From Octopus vulgaris (Eukaryota): a stretch of DNA of 64,000 bases. The notes beneath the pieces were generated by a model, which saw only the letters and a list, made by a program, of their open reading frames with translations, did not search any database and had not been told where the DNA came from. The stretch is taken from NCBI GenBank assembly GCA_951406725.2, contig OX597841.1:5828001-5892000 (forward strand). Reading direction: 5' to 3'. The translations under genes were made by a program, and so were the position numbers. Below, piece by piece: positions 1-11,328 of this stretch (position 1 is the first letter of the stretch; each line of letters begins with the position of its first letter).

Positions 1-170
1 AGATCGATTTTGGCGAATGCCCGAGTGTTACATTCGAGGAAGCACGATCAAGTACCTTCGCATCCCCGACGAGGTCATCGATATGGTGAAAGAAGAGGTC
101 ATACTGAAGAGCAAAGGTCGTGGTGACATGAAAGGGCGTGGCGGACCACAGCGAGGCCGTGGTGGACGAG
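1..170 (+). CDS. LSM4: LSM4 (U6 snRNA-associated Sm-like protein 4), penultimate coding exon, 5' end outside window
   Basis: Frame from nt 2 reads [33 protein letters not shown]...GRGGR, matching the LSm4 Sm2 motif and the start of the RG tail. Donor G|GTAAG at 170/171, phase 1. Confidence 0.95.
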
Positions 171-273
171 GTAAGTTCTCAGTGGGTTGTTGATTAAGTT
201 ATAATGCAATCACTTGGAAGGCAGACATACGGAAAAAAAATCTCATTCTTCAAATTTATGTGTGTGTGTGTGT

Positions 274-620
274 GCCGAGTTGCTGAGACCCCCTTCGGTC
301 ATGACTGACCGTGGGATTGCACCTAGAAAGTTACCCTCCCAGGCACAAGTCCAGGCAAGGTTGTTTATGAAACACCAGCAGTCGCCCATGCATACCGGCC
401 TCCCCTCTCCACGCCACCGGTGTTATCCAAGGGAAAGGCAAAGGGGCCGATACAGGTTGGCACCTGTGGCGTCGCAACTCATTTCTACAGGTGAGTTAAC
501 TGGAACAACGTGAAGTAAGGTGTCTTGCTCAAGAACACAACACGCAGCCCGGTCCGGGATTCGAGCTCACAACCTCACGATCGTAAGCTCGACACTCTAA
601 CCACTGAGCCATGCGCCTTC
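274..620 (-). mobile_element. tRNA-derived SINE with CORE-like segment
   Basis: Minus strand has A box TGGCTCAGTGG, B box GCTCGAATCC, then TTCTTGAGCAAGACAC and a (CA)n tail. Confidence 0.75.
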
Positions 621-669
621 AATGTGTGTGTATATATATATATATATACATACATACATATATACATAC

Positions 670-712
<43 letters not shown>

Positions 713-714
713 CA

Positions 715-756
<42 letters not shown>

Positions 757-763
757 TACATAC

Positions 764-794
<31 letters not shown>

Positions 795-800
795 CATACA

Positions 801-842
<42 letters not shown>

Positions 843-848
843 CATACA

Positions 849-888
<40 letters not shown>

Positions 889-959
889 TACATACATGTG
901 TGTGTGTATATATATACATGTGTGTGTATATATATATTATATATATATACATACATGTG

Positions 960-997
<38 letters not shown>

Positions 998-1080
998 CAC
1001 ATATATATACATACATATATACATACATATGTGTGTATATATATATATATACACATATATATACATACATATATACATAC

Positions 1081-1127
<47 letters not shown>
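621..1127. repeat. Compound (TA)n/(TG)n/(TACA)n microsatellite
   Basis: Directly visible, with a recurring TACATACATGTGTG higher-order unit. Confidence 0.95.
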
Positions 1128-1128
<1 letters not shown>

Positions 1129-1455
1129 CAGTATTTCGTCTGCCGCTATGTTCTGAGTTCAAATTCCGCCGAGGTCGACTTTGCCTTTCATCCTTTCGGG
1201 GTCGTTTAAATAAGTACCAGTTACGCACTGGGGTCGATATAATCGACTTAATACGTTTGTCTGTCCTTGTTTGTCCTCTCTGTGTTTAGCCCCTTGTGGG
1301 TAGTAAAGAAATAGGTATTTCAAATCCTGCCAGTGTCGATTTTGCCTTTCATCCCTTTGGAGGTCGATAAATTAAGTACCAGTTATGCACTGGAGTTGGT
1401 GTAACCGACTTAATGCCTTCCTCTAAATTTCAGGCCTTGTGCCTGCAGTAGAAAA
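1128..1455 (+). mobile_element. Meta-domain-type SINE, 5'-truncated, followed by a second diverged partial unit
   Basis: GAGTTCAAATTCC B box and GCCTTTCATCCTTTCGGGGTCG...AAGTACCAG domain. Same family as 47999-48231. Confidence 0.75.
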
Positions 1456-1458
1456 GGA

Positions 1459-1545
1459 TTATTATTATTATTATTATTATTGTTATCATTATTATTGTTA
1501 TCATTATTATTATCATCATTATTATTATTATCATTATTATTATTA

Positions 1546-1604
<59 letters not shown>

Positions 1605-1640
1605 GTTATTATTATCATTATTATTATTGTTATCATTATT

Positions 1641-1672
<32 letters not shown>

Positions 1673-1706
1673 CATTATCGTAATTATCATTATTATTATT
1701 ATTATT
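1459..1706. repeat. (ATT)n microsatellite abutting the LSM4 acceptor
   Basis: Directly visible. Confidence 0.95.
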
Positions 1707-1725
1707 GTTGTCATTGTCGTTGTAG

Positions 1726-1850
1726 GTACATTTGGTGGCCGAGGAGGTCGTGGCGGCAGTGTAGGTGGACGCGGTGGAGGAGGAGGAGGTGGCGGCGGCG
1801 GTGGAGGAGGGGGCGGCGGCCCAAGACCAGGCAAGCCCCGAGGTGATTGA
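1726..1850 (+). CDS. LSM4: LSM4 terminal coding exon (RGG/poly-Gly tail)
   Basis: Acceptor TTGTAG at 1725. The phase-1 join gives GTFGGRGGRGGSVGGRG(n)PRPGKPRGD* (cf. vertebrate GVFGGRGRGG). TGA at 1848-1850. Confidence 0.9.
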
Positions 1851-2112
1851 GCATCAGGGTGGGGCAGACGTCACAGCAAGACTCACAGACAGAGGAGAGA
1901 GAAAGAGAGAGAGAGATTGTACAACAACAACAACATACAGTGATTATTGACCGTTGGGTGGGAAGGGGGATGGGGAGCTTCACCCCCACCCACACCCTCT
2001 CCATCTCTTCTTTCTCTCTTTTACCTAAAGGAGAACAAAGTAAAGAAAAAAAAGATGAACATTTTTTTTATAAATGGCAAACACAAAGAATCGATCACAA
2101 AGTTGAACAGTA

Positions 2113-2490
2113 ATTAACAACAACAACAGCAATAAAACAACGACGACAATAGCAACAAAAATAGCAGCAACAGCATTTGTCTGGACAAGAGCTACAACAT
2201 TAGCAACAACAAGGGCTGCAATATTAGCAGCAACAACAAGGGTGCCAACATTAGCAACAACAACAGGGGTACCAACATTAGCAACAACAACAGGGGTACC
2301 AACATTAGCAACAACAAGGCCTGCAACATTAGCCACAACAAGGGTTCCAACATTAGCAACAACAAGGACTGCAACATTAGCAACAAGAGCAGTGACATCA
2401 ACAGCAGCAGCGACAGCATTAGCAAGGACAACAGTAACATTAGCAACAACAACAAAAAATAGCAACAACAACCACCACCACAACAGCAAT
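2113..2490. repeat. (CAA/CAG)-rich minisatellite, 24-27 bp unit CAACATTAGCAACAACAAGG
   Basis: Directly visible downstream of the LSM4 stop, probably in its 3' UTR. Confidence 0.85.
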
Positions 2491-3037
2491 CTCCTAGCAT
2501 TTCTGTTGCAAACATTCCACCTTAGACATCGCACACACACACACTGCTGTGTCTTTGTGTGTGTGTGTGAATAATCTACAGACACTTAACTGCCCCTGGA
2601 GGGGAGAAAAAGAGAGACTACAATCCCCCTCCATACAAACCAGTGGCAGCAGTGGGGGTTGGGCTTCAGTTTTCAATATAAATTGTGTTTTTTTCTAAAA
2701 ATTGTTTATTATTATTATTATTATTTCTTTTCATCATTTCTTTGGTTTACTTTGTCGTTGATTTTTCTTTTACACCTGGAGACCTGCTGCGGTTGAGCAG
2801 ACCTGGCAAGGAAGGTGAGATCACAGCCGTAGCCTACAGCAGTGTCGCATAACCAGCCCCTTTTAAAAAGTACCCTTGAATCACCGGGCGACATCCCCTG
2901 CTTGAGGAGACCTGTCGAGTCAAGTAAAACCAAAATAGAGATTGTAGTTGTGGCCGATGCCAGTGCTGGTGGCACATAATAAGCCCCATTTATGCGAGAG
3001 CTGCCTGACTGGCTCCCATGCTGGTGGCACGTAAAAA

Positions 3038-3292
3038 GTATATATCTATCTATATATATGTATGTATGTATATATATGTATGTGTATGTATGTATATGTA
3101 TGTATGTAGATCTATGTATGTATATCTATGTATGTATATATATGTATGTATGTATGTATATGTATGTATGTATATATATCTATGTATATATATGTATGTA
3201 TATATATCTATGTATATATATCTATGTATATATATGTATGTATATCTATGTATATATATCTATGTATATATATCTATGTATATATATCTATG

Positions 3293-3329
<37 letters not shown>

Positions 3330-3522
3330 CTATGTATATATATATCTATATATATATATATATACCTATACATATTTATCTATCTATATATATATATATA
3401 CCTATACATATCTATCTATCTATATATATATACCTATACATATCTATCTATATATATATCTACAGATATCCAAATATCTATCTATAAATATATCCATACA
3501 TATATATCTATCTATATATATA
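3038..3522. repeat. (TA)/(TATG)/(TATC) microsatellite
   Basis: Directly visible. Confidence 0.95.
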
Positions 3523-3822
3523 TACTAGCAGTAATACCCGTCATTGATCGGGTAATTACTGTTTCTGGGGAGCCACATTCAAAGTATTATTATTATTATA
3601 TATATAACTTACTACTCCTGTATGTGTGTATTTTTATAAGAGAAGAAATATATAATAACTGAAGAAGAAAAAAGATCAGTTTCATACAGGAACTCCTGTT
3701 TGTTTATCATATGACAAACATAAGTGAGTTGCATTCACTATTTTATTCATCAATACACTAATGACAATCGCATAATGCAGTTAATTTAAATAGGTAAATT
3801 TACTTATTCTTGAATGTAACGA

Positions 3823-4340
3823 TAGGAGTGGCTGTGTGTAAGTAGCTTGCTAACCAACCACATGGTCCCGGGTTCAGTCCCATTGTGTGGCATCTTGGGC
3901 AAGTGTCTTCTGCTATAGTCCCGGGCCGACCAGTGCCTTGTGAGTGCATTTGGTAGACGGAAACTGAAAGAAGCCCGTCGTATATATATATATATAGGTG
4001 CAGGAGTGGCTGTGTGGTAAGTAGCTTGCTAACCAACCACATGGTCCCGGGTTCAATCCCACTGCGTGACATCTTGGGCAAGTGTCTTCTGCTATAGCCC
4101 CGGGCCGACCAGTGCCTTGTGAGTGGATTTGGTAGACGGAAACTGAAAGCCCGTCGTATATATATATATATATATATAGGTGCAGGAGTGGCTGTGTGGA
4201 AAGTAGCTTGCTAACCAACCACATGGTCCCGGGTTCAATCCCACTGCGTGACATCTTGGGCAAGTGTCTTCTGCTATAGCCCCGGGCCGACCAGTGCCTT
4301 GTGAGTGGATTTGGTAGACGGAAACTGAAAGAAGCCTATC

Positions 4341-4384
<44 letters not shown>

Positions 4385-4580
4385 TTGTCCCCCCCTAGCA
4401 TTGCTTGACAACCGATGCTGGTGTGTTTACGTCCCCGTCACTTTGCGGTTCAGCAAAAGAGACCGATAGAATAAGTACTGGGCTTACAAAGAATAAGTCC
4501 CAGGGTCGATTTGCTCGACTAAAGGCGGTGCTCCAGCATGGCCGCAGTCAAATGACTGAAACAAGTAAAAGAGTAAAAAG
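3823..4580 (+). mobile_element. Major tRNA-derived SINE (GGCGCAGGAGTGGCTGTGTGG family) with triplicated head
   Basis: A box TGGCTGTGTGG, B box GGTTCAGTCC, CORE-like CTTGGGCAAGTGTCTT, internal (TA)n and AAAAGAGT tail. Heads start near 3823, 3997 and 4178. Confidence 0.85.
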
Positions 4581-4589
4581 TAATACATT

Positions 4590-4927
4590 TGCCCGAATGG
4601 CTTCTGTGCCGGTGGCACATAAAAAGCACCATCCGAACATGGCCGATGCCAGCACCGCCTTGACTGGCTTCTGTGCCAGTGGCACATAAAAAAAGCACCA
4701 ACCGATCGTGGCCGATGCCAGTACCCTCTGGCACCTGTGCAGGTGGCACGTAAAAAGCACCCACTACACTCGCGGAGTGGTTGGCGTTAGGAAGGGCATC
4801 CAACCTGTAGAAACACTGCCAGATCAGACTGGAGCCTGGGGCAGCCCCTGGCTCCCCAGACCCCAGTCGAACCGTCCAACCCGTGCTAGCGTGGAAAACG
4901 GACGTTAAACGATGATGATGATGATGA
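4590..4927 (+). mobile_element. LINE 3' UTR fragment (probably RTE clade) with (GAT)n tail
   Basis: GGTTGGCGTTAGGAAGGGCATCC...GGACGTTAAACGATGATG. Further copies near 7313-7430, 19870-20260, 24380-24700, 26535-27042, 32418-32550, 57259-57625 and 62615-62790. Confidence 0.7.
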
Positions 4928-5200
4928 TTGCATAATTTTGGTGGAGACAAATTATGCAACAGTATAGTAGGAGTCTCTTTCAGCTGAAGACAATGAAGAA
5001 GTGTACCTGGTGGTTGTAGTGAATTGAAAAATTCAATGGGTAATTAACACTATCCTGATCATCAACAACAACACTGTCAATTGAGTTGTAAGTGAATATT
5101 TCTCCTGGAAGTTTATTCAATAGCATATTATTAATGCCATTTACAGCGACATCTTTTGGAGCCAGGACAGGTCACTCATGGATCCAATTTATATTGTAAT
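4927..5200 (-). pseudogene. Degenerate Helitron-type PIF1 helicase fragment
   Basis: Minus strand reads approximately VLAPKDVAVNGINNMLLNKLPGEIFTYNSIDSV...[15 protein letters not shown]...[12 protein letters not shown], typical of RepHel helicase. An in-frame stop lies just upstream. Confidence 0.8.
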
Positions 5201-5354
5201 TACGAAGAAGATTACGAAAGATTTCATCCACCAAATCACTGACAGAAACAGTTTAATTACATATTGAATTGAGTGTAAGAAATTAGGCGATAGCATAACA
5301 GCTTCCCTTGAACCAGGTACTTTCAATTTGCCGAAGAGGAAAAAATAATTCGAT

Positions 5355-5386
<32 letters not shown>

Positions 5387-5670
5387 CATACATACACACA
5401 CACACACACACAAATATACAGGCACATATATAGAAAAAGCATAATAGCTTCCACTGAACCATTTAGTTTCACTTTTATATACATATATTCATTATAACAG
5501 GTTTCTTTCAGTTTCCACCTATGAAGTCCGCTATGGTCAGCCTGAGGTTACAGTGGGAGATACTTGCCTGTGGTGTCATGCTGTGGGACTGAACCCAGAA
5601 CCATGTGGTTGGGAAGCAAGCTTCTTACCACACAGCCATGTTGTTAATCACTTAAACTTGGATCCCTAGA

Positions 5671-6160
5671 AAGAATGGTTGTATACTGTCAATCTAACGT
5701 GAACGTGACAGTAGGGGATTACACCACCGCTGTTTAGCCCTAGGAAGCATCGACGCCTCCTGATGGCTTCGACACATTTTTCCTGTGTACTTATATATTT
5801 ACGAAGGGGAGACAAACACCCCCGGCAGCCAGGCCTGCATCTAGAGACACGCGTGTTTCAGGATAATTGTCCTTCATCGGTCTAGAGTAGCAGACGCCCG
5901 CCAGCCGTGGATATCTGTCCCGATTCGCAAAAGTATAAATCTAATTTCAGTGACGTTTATTCACTGATTATCAAAATCAGAAATACTAAATTTCTAAATC
6001 TCTCGTAGAGACATGTACGGTGGTGGGGCAATAGAATGGTTGTATACTGTCAATCTAACGTGAACGTGACAGTAGGGGGTTACACCACCGCTGTTTAGCC
6101 CTAGGAAGCACCGACACTTCCTGCTGGCTTCGACACATTTTTCCTGTGTCCTTATATACA
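5671..6160 (-). mobile_element. Penelope-like element 3' relic with partial-tandem pseudo-LTR
   Basis: ~125 bp direct repeat (5671-5797, 6033-6158), an internal hammerhead motif, and a degenerate CLYER...NKR..EI stretch resembling a GIY-YIG C-terminus. Confidence 0.7.
5840..5886 (-). ncRNA. Minimal type I hammerhead ribozyme motif
   Basis: TCTAGA-CCGATGA-AGGA-caatta-TCCT-GAAAC-ACGCGT-GTC-TCTAGA. Stems I and II pair, stem III is palindromic, and there is a GUC cleavage triplet. The core has C at U4. Confidence 0.75.
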
Positions 6161-6385
6161 TTTAGAAAGACATGAACAAAATAAAAAAACCCAAGACAAA
6201 AAAGAAAATACAAAATCACAGCAACGCAAAAACAAATGTCAAATATTCACAATATTTATTGAATAAAGTACATTCATTTCCCCCATTACATTTGATTAAT
6301 TTTTGGATGATAATTTTCATCTTCCCACATTTCAAGTACAAGTCCTTTATAAAACTTTATATCAGTGATTACTACAGCAAAACCA

Positions 6386-6597
6386 TTAACCCTTTCGCTA
6401 CTAACCCGGCTGAAACTGGCTCTGGGTCTGTAGTACAAATTTTGAATTAAAATCTTCCACCAAACCTTAGTCACAATTTATGTCCCTAACACTAGCTGAA
6501 CGATAACTAAGTTATTTTACTAAATTGTTTGTTATATTGAAAATTAATTGAATGAAACACAGAGCATCTCAAAAAAATAAAGTAACGAAAGGGTTAA
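6386..6597. mobile_element. piggyBac-type MITE
   Basis: TTAA|CCCTTTCG...CGAAAGGG|TTAA termini. Confidence 0.85.
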
Positions 6598-6771
6598 TGG
6601 CTTTTCCCGTTTGAAATAGTGTCTTTTTTGGGGGTTCAGATTTTGCCATTCTATATTTCAAAACAATTGAGGTTATATTCCTATTTAAACTTAACTGAAT
6701 AGAAAAGATTAGCAGGGCTAACAAAATGCCAAATATATATATATGTGTGTGTACACACATTTTACATTATA

Positions 6772-6970
6772 CAGGGTGTCCAAAAAGTCTCTCCACAGTG
6801 AAGAGTCAACTTATCTATTGAAAATGAAGGACGATGCTTTCAGCATCTCTTATAAAGTTTTTTCAAAGTCTTGTAAAGTCTAACATATTCTTTTGTAGTC
6901 TTATAACATCTTAGAAATATTTATTTTGCAATGAAACTCTTACGACAGAGAGACTTTTTGAACTCCGTGT
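6772..6970. mobile_element. Tc1/mariner-type MITE (partial second copy 7170-7278)
   Basis: TA|CAGGGTGTCCAAAAAGTCTCTC...GAGAGACTTTTTGAACTCCGTG imperfect TIRs. Confidence 0.6.
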
Positions 6971-7431
6971 GTGTGTGTATATTACTCATTTACTTGTTTC
7001 AGTCATTTGACTGTGGCCATGCTGGAGCACCACCTTTAGTCGAGCAAATCAACCCCAGGACATTCTTTGTAAGCCCAGTCAGATATGGTCATTCATAGTT
7101 CCCTTATTGTGTCATTTTTTAAAATAGACAATCACATCATTGAAATCTCAAAACATGTGTAGAAGAGTCAATAAAGTCTTGTAAAGTCTAACATATTCTT
7201 TTGTAGTCTTATAACATCTTAGAAATATTTATTTTGCAATGAAACTCTTACGACAGAGAGACTTTTTGAACTCCATGTGTGTGTGAGTGTATATATATAT
7301 ATATATATATACATCATCATTTACCATCCGCTTTCCATGGTAGCATGGGTTGGACAGTTCAACTGGGGTCTGGGAAGCCAGAATGCTGCACCACGCCCAG
7401 TCTGATCTGGCAATGTTTCTACGGCTGGATG

Positions 7432-7469
<38 letters not shown>

Positions 7470-7486
7470 CATCCAGCCGTAGAAAC

Positions 7487-7512
<26 letters not shown>

Positions 7513-7517
<5 letters not shown>

Positions 7518-7740
7518 TCTTTATTGCCCACAAGGGGCTAAACAGAGGAGACAAACAAGGACAGACAAAGGGATTAAGTCAATTACATCGACCCCAATGC
7601 GAAACTGGTACTTTATTTATCGACCCCGAAAGGATGAAAGGCAAAGTCGACCTCAGCGGAATTTGAACTCAGAACGTAACGGCAGATGAAATACGGCTAA
7701 GCATTTCGCCCGACGCGCTAACGTTTCTGCCAGCTCGCCG
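7513..7740 (-). mobile_element. Meta-domain-type SINE
   Basis: Reverse complement of the 47999-48231 element. Confidence 0.8.
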
Positions 7741-7916
7741 TGTGTATATATATATATATACACACGTTTGACTAAACGCCACTTGAAATCTCAAAGCCAT
7801 GAAATGATGCAAGATTAATTTCACAGGGTGTGAATAAATAAGCTTTACATTTGACAGAAGAATCTGGATGCTAAAGGATTAAATGACCCCAAGAAGGTCC
7901 AATCGTCTCAGAACTG

Positions 7917-9647
7917 TCACGTTTCGCAAGGAACCGGCTGCCCTCCCGTGTGTATTCGCTTGTGTCTTTTCAAGTGACTGTTTGTGATAAAAGCCTTCCC
8001 GCAAATGTCACAGCAATAGAGTTTTTCCCCTGTGTGGATCTTTCTGTGGGTCGTTAAGGAACTGTTGTAGACAAAAGATTTCCCGCATATCTCGCAGTGG
8101 CACGATTTCACCCCACTGTGACTGATCATATGCGTTGTTAAATAACTTTTAGAAACGAAAGACTTGCCGCACACCTCGCAGTGGAACGGCTTCTGGCCGT
8201 TGTGGATCCTCATGTGCCTCGTTAGGACACTATTATCAACAAACGACTTTCTACAAATATCACAATGGAACGGTTTCTCCCCGGTGTGGCTACGTTTGTG
8301 AACTAAAAGATGAGAATTGTTTACAAACGGCTTCCCACAGATGTCACAGTGGAACCGTCGCTCCCCCGTGTGTTTCATTTTATGGGTCTTCAGGAGACCG
8401 TTGGTCACAAATGACTGACCGCAAACTTCACAATGGAACGGTTTTTCGCCAGTGTGAATCCGCTTGTGTGTAGTGAGATAACTATTCGTGATAAAAGACT
8501 TCCCGCAGATCTCACAGTAATACGGTTTCTCTCCCGTGTGGCTACGTTTGTGAACTTCAAGGTGAGGATTATTACGGAACGACTTCCCGCAGATCTGACA
8601 GTGAAACGGTCTCTCTTCAGAGTGGATCCTCCTGTGTTTTGTCAACACGCTTTTATTGACAAAAAACTTGCCACAGATTTCACAGCCGAACGGTTTAATC
8701 CCAGTGTGAAGCAATTTATGTTTTGTCAATTCACTGTTAGAGATGAAGGATCTGACACACAAGTCGCAATGGAACGGTCTTTCTCCAGTGTGACGACGGA
8801 TGTGAATGACCAGATATGAATTGTTAACAAACGATTTCTCACATATTTCACAATAAAATAGCTTTTCCCCGGTATGCGTTATATTGTGGACGACGAGACT
8901 AGATTTATCACAGAATGATTTTCCGCAGATTTCACACTGGAACGGCCGTATTCCACTGTGTATCCTTGAATGCTTTGTTAAGTCACTTTTACAAATGAAA
9001 GCTTTTCCACATTCCTCACAACCAAACGGTTTTTCCCCTGTATGAATCCTGTTATGCTTCCTTAAATCACAATTCGACGCAAACGATTTTCCGCACACAT
9101 CACAATGGTAGGGTCTCTCCCCAGTATGGATTCTTTTGTGAACGATGAGGCTGGAATTCACAGAGAAAAATTTCCCACAAATTTCACAGTAAAATGGTTT
9201 TTCTCCAGTGTGAACCCTTCTGTGTGCTGTTAAGTTACTGTTGGACACGAAACTCTTCCCACACTGTTCACAGTGGAACGGTTTGTCTCCAGAATGTACC
9301 CTTGTGTGTGTCTTTAAGTGACTACTGCTGAGAAAAGATTTCCCACAGATATCGCAATGATGAGGTCTTTCCCCAGTGTGGGTCCTTTGGTGATTTCTCA
9401 AATAGCTAAAATAGACAAAATACTTCCCACATACGTCACAATGAAACAGTTTTTTCTTACTGTGGATTTCTTTGTGAAGAATGACTTCATATTCTGTAGA
9501 GAATGTCTTCCTACAAATCTCACATTGAAATTCAGGAACAGTTATCACTCCGGCTTTCTCATCTCCGTCCGTTTCTCTAACTGTATCCGTATCGTTCAAA
9601 ACAATTGTGTTACAAGCGTCCAAGTGACTAACAACGTTCTCCATCAT
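7917..9647 (-). CDS. C2H2 zinc-finger protein, 19 fingers (MENV subfamily; gene Z1)
   Basis: 576-aa ORF of tandem C-x2-C-x12-H-x3-H with TGEKP linkers. Candidate acceptor TTTCTTTGCAG at ~10046 and upstream donor ATG|GTAAGC at ~11859. Confidence 0.95.
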   Translation of the reverse strand: MMENVVSHLDACNTIVLNDTDTVRETDGDEKAGVITVPEFQCEICRKTFSTEYEVILHKEIHSKKKLFHCDVCGKYFVYFSYLRNHQRTHTGERPHHCDICGKSFLSSSHLKTHTRVHSGDKPFHCEQCGKSFVSNSNLTAHRRVHTGEKPFYCEICGKFFSVNSSLIVHKRIHTGERPYHCDVCGKSFASNCDLRKHNRIHTGEKPFGCEECGKAFICKSDLTKHSRIHSGIRPFQCEICGKSFCDKSSLVVHNITHTGEKLFYCEICEKSFVNNSYLVIHIRRHTGERPFHCDLCVRSFISNSELTKHKLLHTGIKPFGCEICGKFFVNKSVLTKHRRIHSEERPFHCQICGKSFRNNPHLEVHKRSHTGEKPYYCEICGKSFITNSYLTTHKRIHTGEKPFHCEVCGQSFVTNGLLKTHKMKHTGERRFHCDICGKPFVNNSHLLVHKRSHTGEKPFHCDICRKSFVDNSVLTRHMRIHNGQKPFHCEVCGKSFVSKSYLTTHMISHSGVKSCHCEICGKSFVYNSSLTTHRKIHTGEKLYCCDICGKAFITNSHLKRHKRIHTGGQPVPCET

Positions 9648-10218
9648 TCTTGAATGATTCTTAAAAAGCTGACAAATGTCTGTGAGTTAATCTGTTATCA
9701 GTTTCTTGCCTCAGATGCCACAGACTTCTGTTTACGTCTGCAGGAAAATATTCAATGACAATACAGATTTCAACTCACGAGAAGAAAGTCTGCTGTTGAC
9801 TGGGTCTTCTCTTAGATATCATGGGATTTGCAGAAAAATATTCATTGCTGATATATTTTCTACTTATCACAAGAATACCTTTGACTGGCTGGCTGGCTCC
9901 ACCGGCAATTAACATTCATATTGAAAAATATAGTTAACGGAAACTGTGTAAGCTAAAACAACAAGGAGCTTCAATGAAGATTTGCAGACGTCCTGATGAA
10001 AAGAAGGTTTGTCCAGCACAGGCAGGTGTGCACCATTCAGCATAACTGCAAAGAAAGAAAAGAGAAAAGATATGAAGGTGTAAGACCAATATCACATTGT
10101 GTGTGGGGGGGGGGGGTTCAAAATTGCAAAAAACAACAAATAGCAGAGACAGATAAGGGACCAGTGAACAAGGGGGTCTTAGTTTGATGCTCAGGAAAAA
10201 ACAGAAGAGTCGTTGATC

Positions 10219-10620
10219 TCTTTACTCTTTTACTTGTTTCAGTCATTTGACTGCGGCCATGCTGGAGCACCACCTTTAGTCGAGCAAATCGACCCCGGAA
10301 CTTATTCTTTTGTAAGCCCAGTACTTATTCTATCGGTCTCTTTTACCGAACTGCTAAGTGACGGGGACATAAACACACCAGCATCGGTTGTCAAGCGATG
10401 TTGGGGAGACAAACACAGACACACACATACATATATATATATATGTACATATATATGACAGGCTTCTTTCAGTTTCCGTCTACCAAATCTACTCACAAGG
10501 CTTTGGTCGGTCTGGGGCTATAGCAGAAGACACTTGCCCAAGATGCCATGCAGTTGGACTGAACCCGGAACCATGTGGTTGGTAAGCAAGCTACTTACCA
10601 CACAGCCACTCCTGTGCCTA
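10219..10620 (-). mobile_element. Major tRNA-derived SINE, full length
   Basis: Same family as 3823-4580. Other copies at ~11152-11547, 21325-21567, 25579-25995, 27815-28218, 38203-38625, 39887-40268, 40370-40768, 45186-45595, 50298-50637, 52580-53017, 56863-57137 and 62855-63231. Confidence 0.85.
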
Positions 10621-11273
10621 TATGTTTCAAGTCTATGATCTTCTACAGAAACAAATGAGGAGAGAAAACAGAAAGAAAAAAAAAGGGGTCTGGATTAATG
10701 GCTACACCCCCCTCAGGTAGGGTAACCATGTATGTCCTTTACAGCGGAACACCTAATTCTGTCCTCATTCTTCGTCTTTCTCTCTCTGGTTAAGTAACCA
10801 TCTACCTTTTCTACAACAAGATACCGAGTTTATGATTCATGTGTGTGTGTGTGTTCTTGATACTCGTTTAGAACAAGTAGTTTTACACCAATTACACTAT
10901 TTTTTCTTAGTTTAAAGGCCGTGGACTGAAGATGTGAAATTTCCGAGGACTCTCCCCCACCCACTTTCGCGAGCGCGCATTTTTTTCATCATATTCGTTT
11001 GGAGCAAGTTGTTTTACACCTATTACGCTATTTTTTTTTTGGTTTTTGTGCCAGGGTCAGACGCTTTCGGAAATTCCCGATGTGAATTTTCCGAGGCCTC
11101 TCCCCCACTCCCCTTTCGCGAGCGCGCATTTTTTTCATCATATTCGTTTAGAGTTCGGTCCCACTGCGTGGCACCTCAGGCAAGTGTCTTCTACTATAGC
11201 CCCGGGCCAACCAATGCCTTCTGAGTGGATTTGGTAGACGGAAACTGAAAGAAGCCTGTCGTATATATGTATA

Positions 11274-11328
<55 letters not shown>

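Noticed and set aside
525-1289. Long YI/IY-rich ORFs, also 1430-1846, 2025-2585, 2992-3662 and 41200-41565
   Set aside because: Stop-free frames of microsatellites, not genes.
8433-8819. Antisense ORFs over ZNF genes (also 18621, 22677, 53161 and others)
   Set aside because: Shadow frames of repetitive finger codons.
9990-10020. CTGATGA hammerhead-like core
   Set aside because: No stem II or GAAA partner and no flanking stems.
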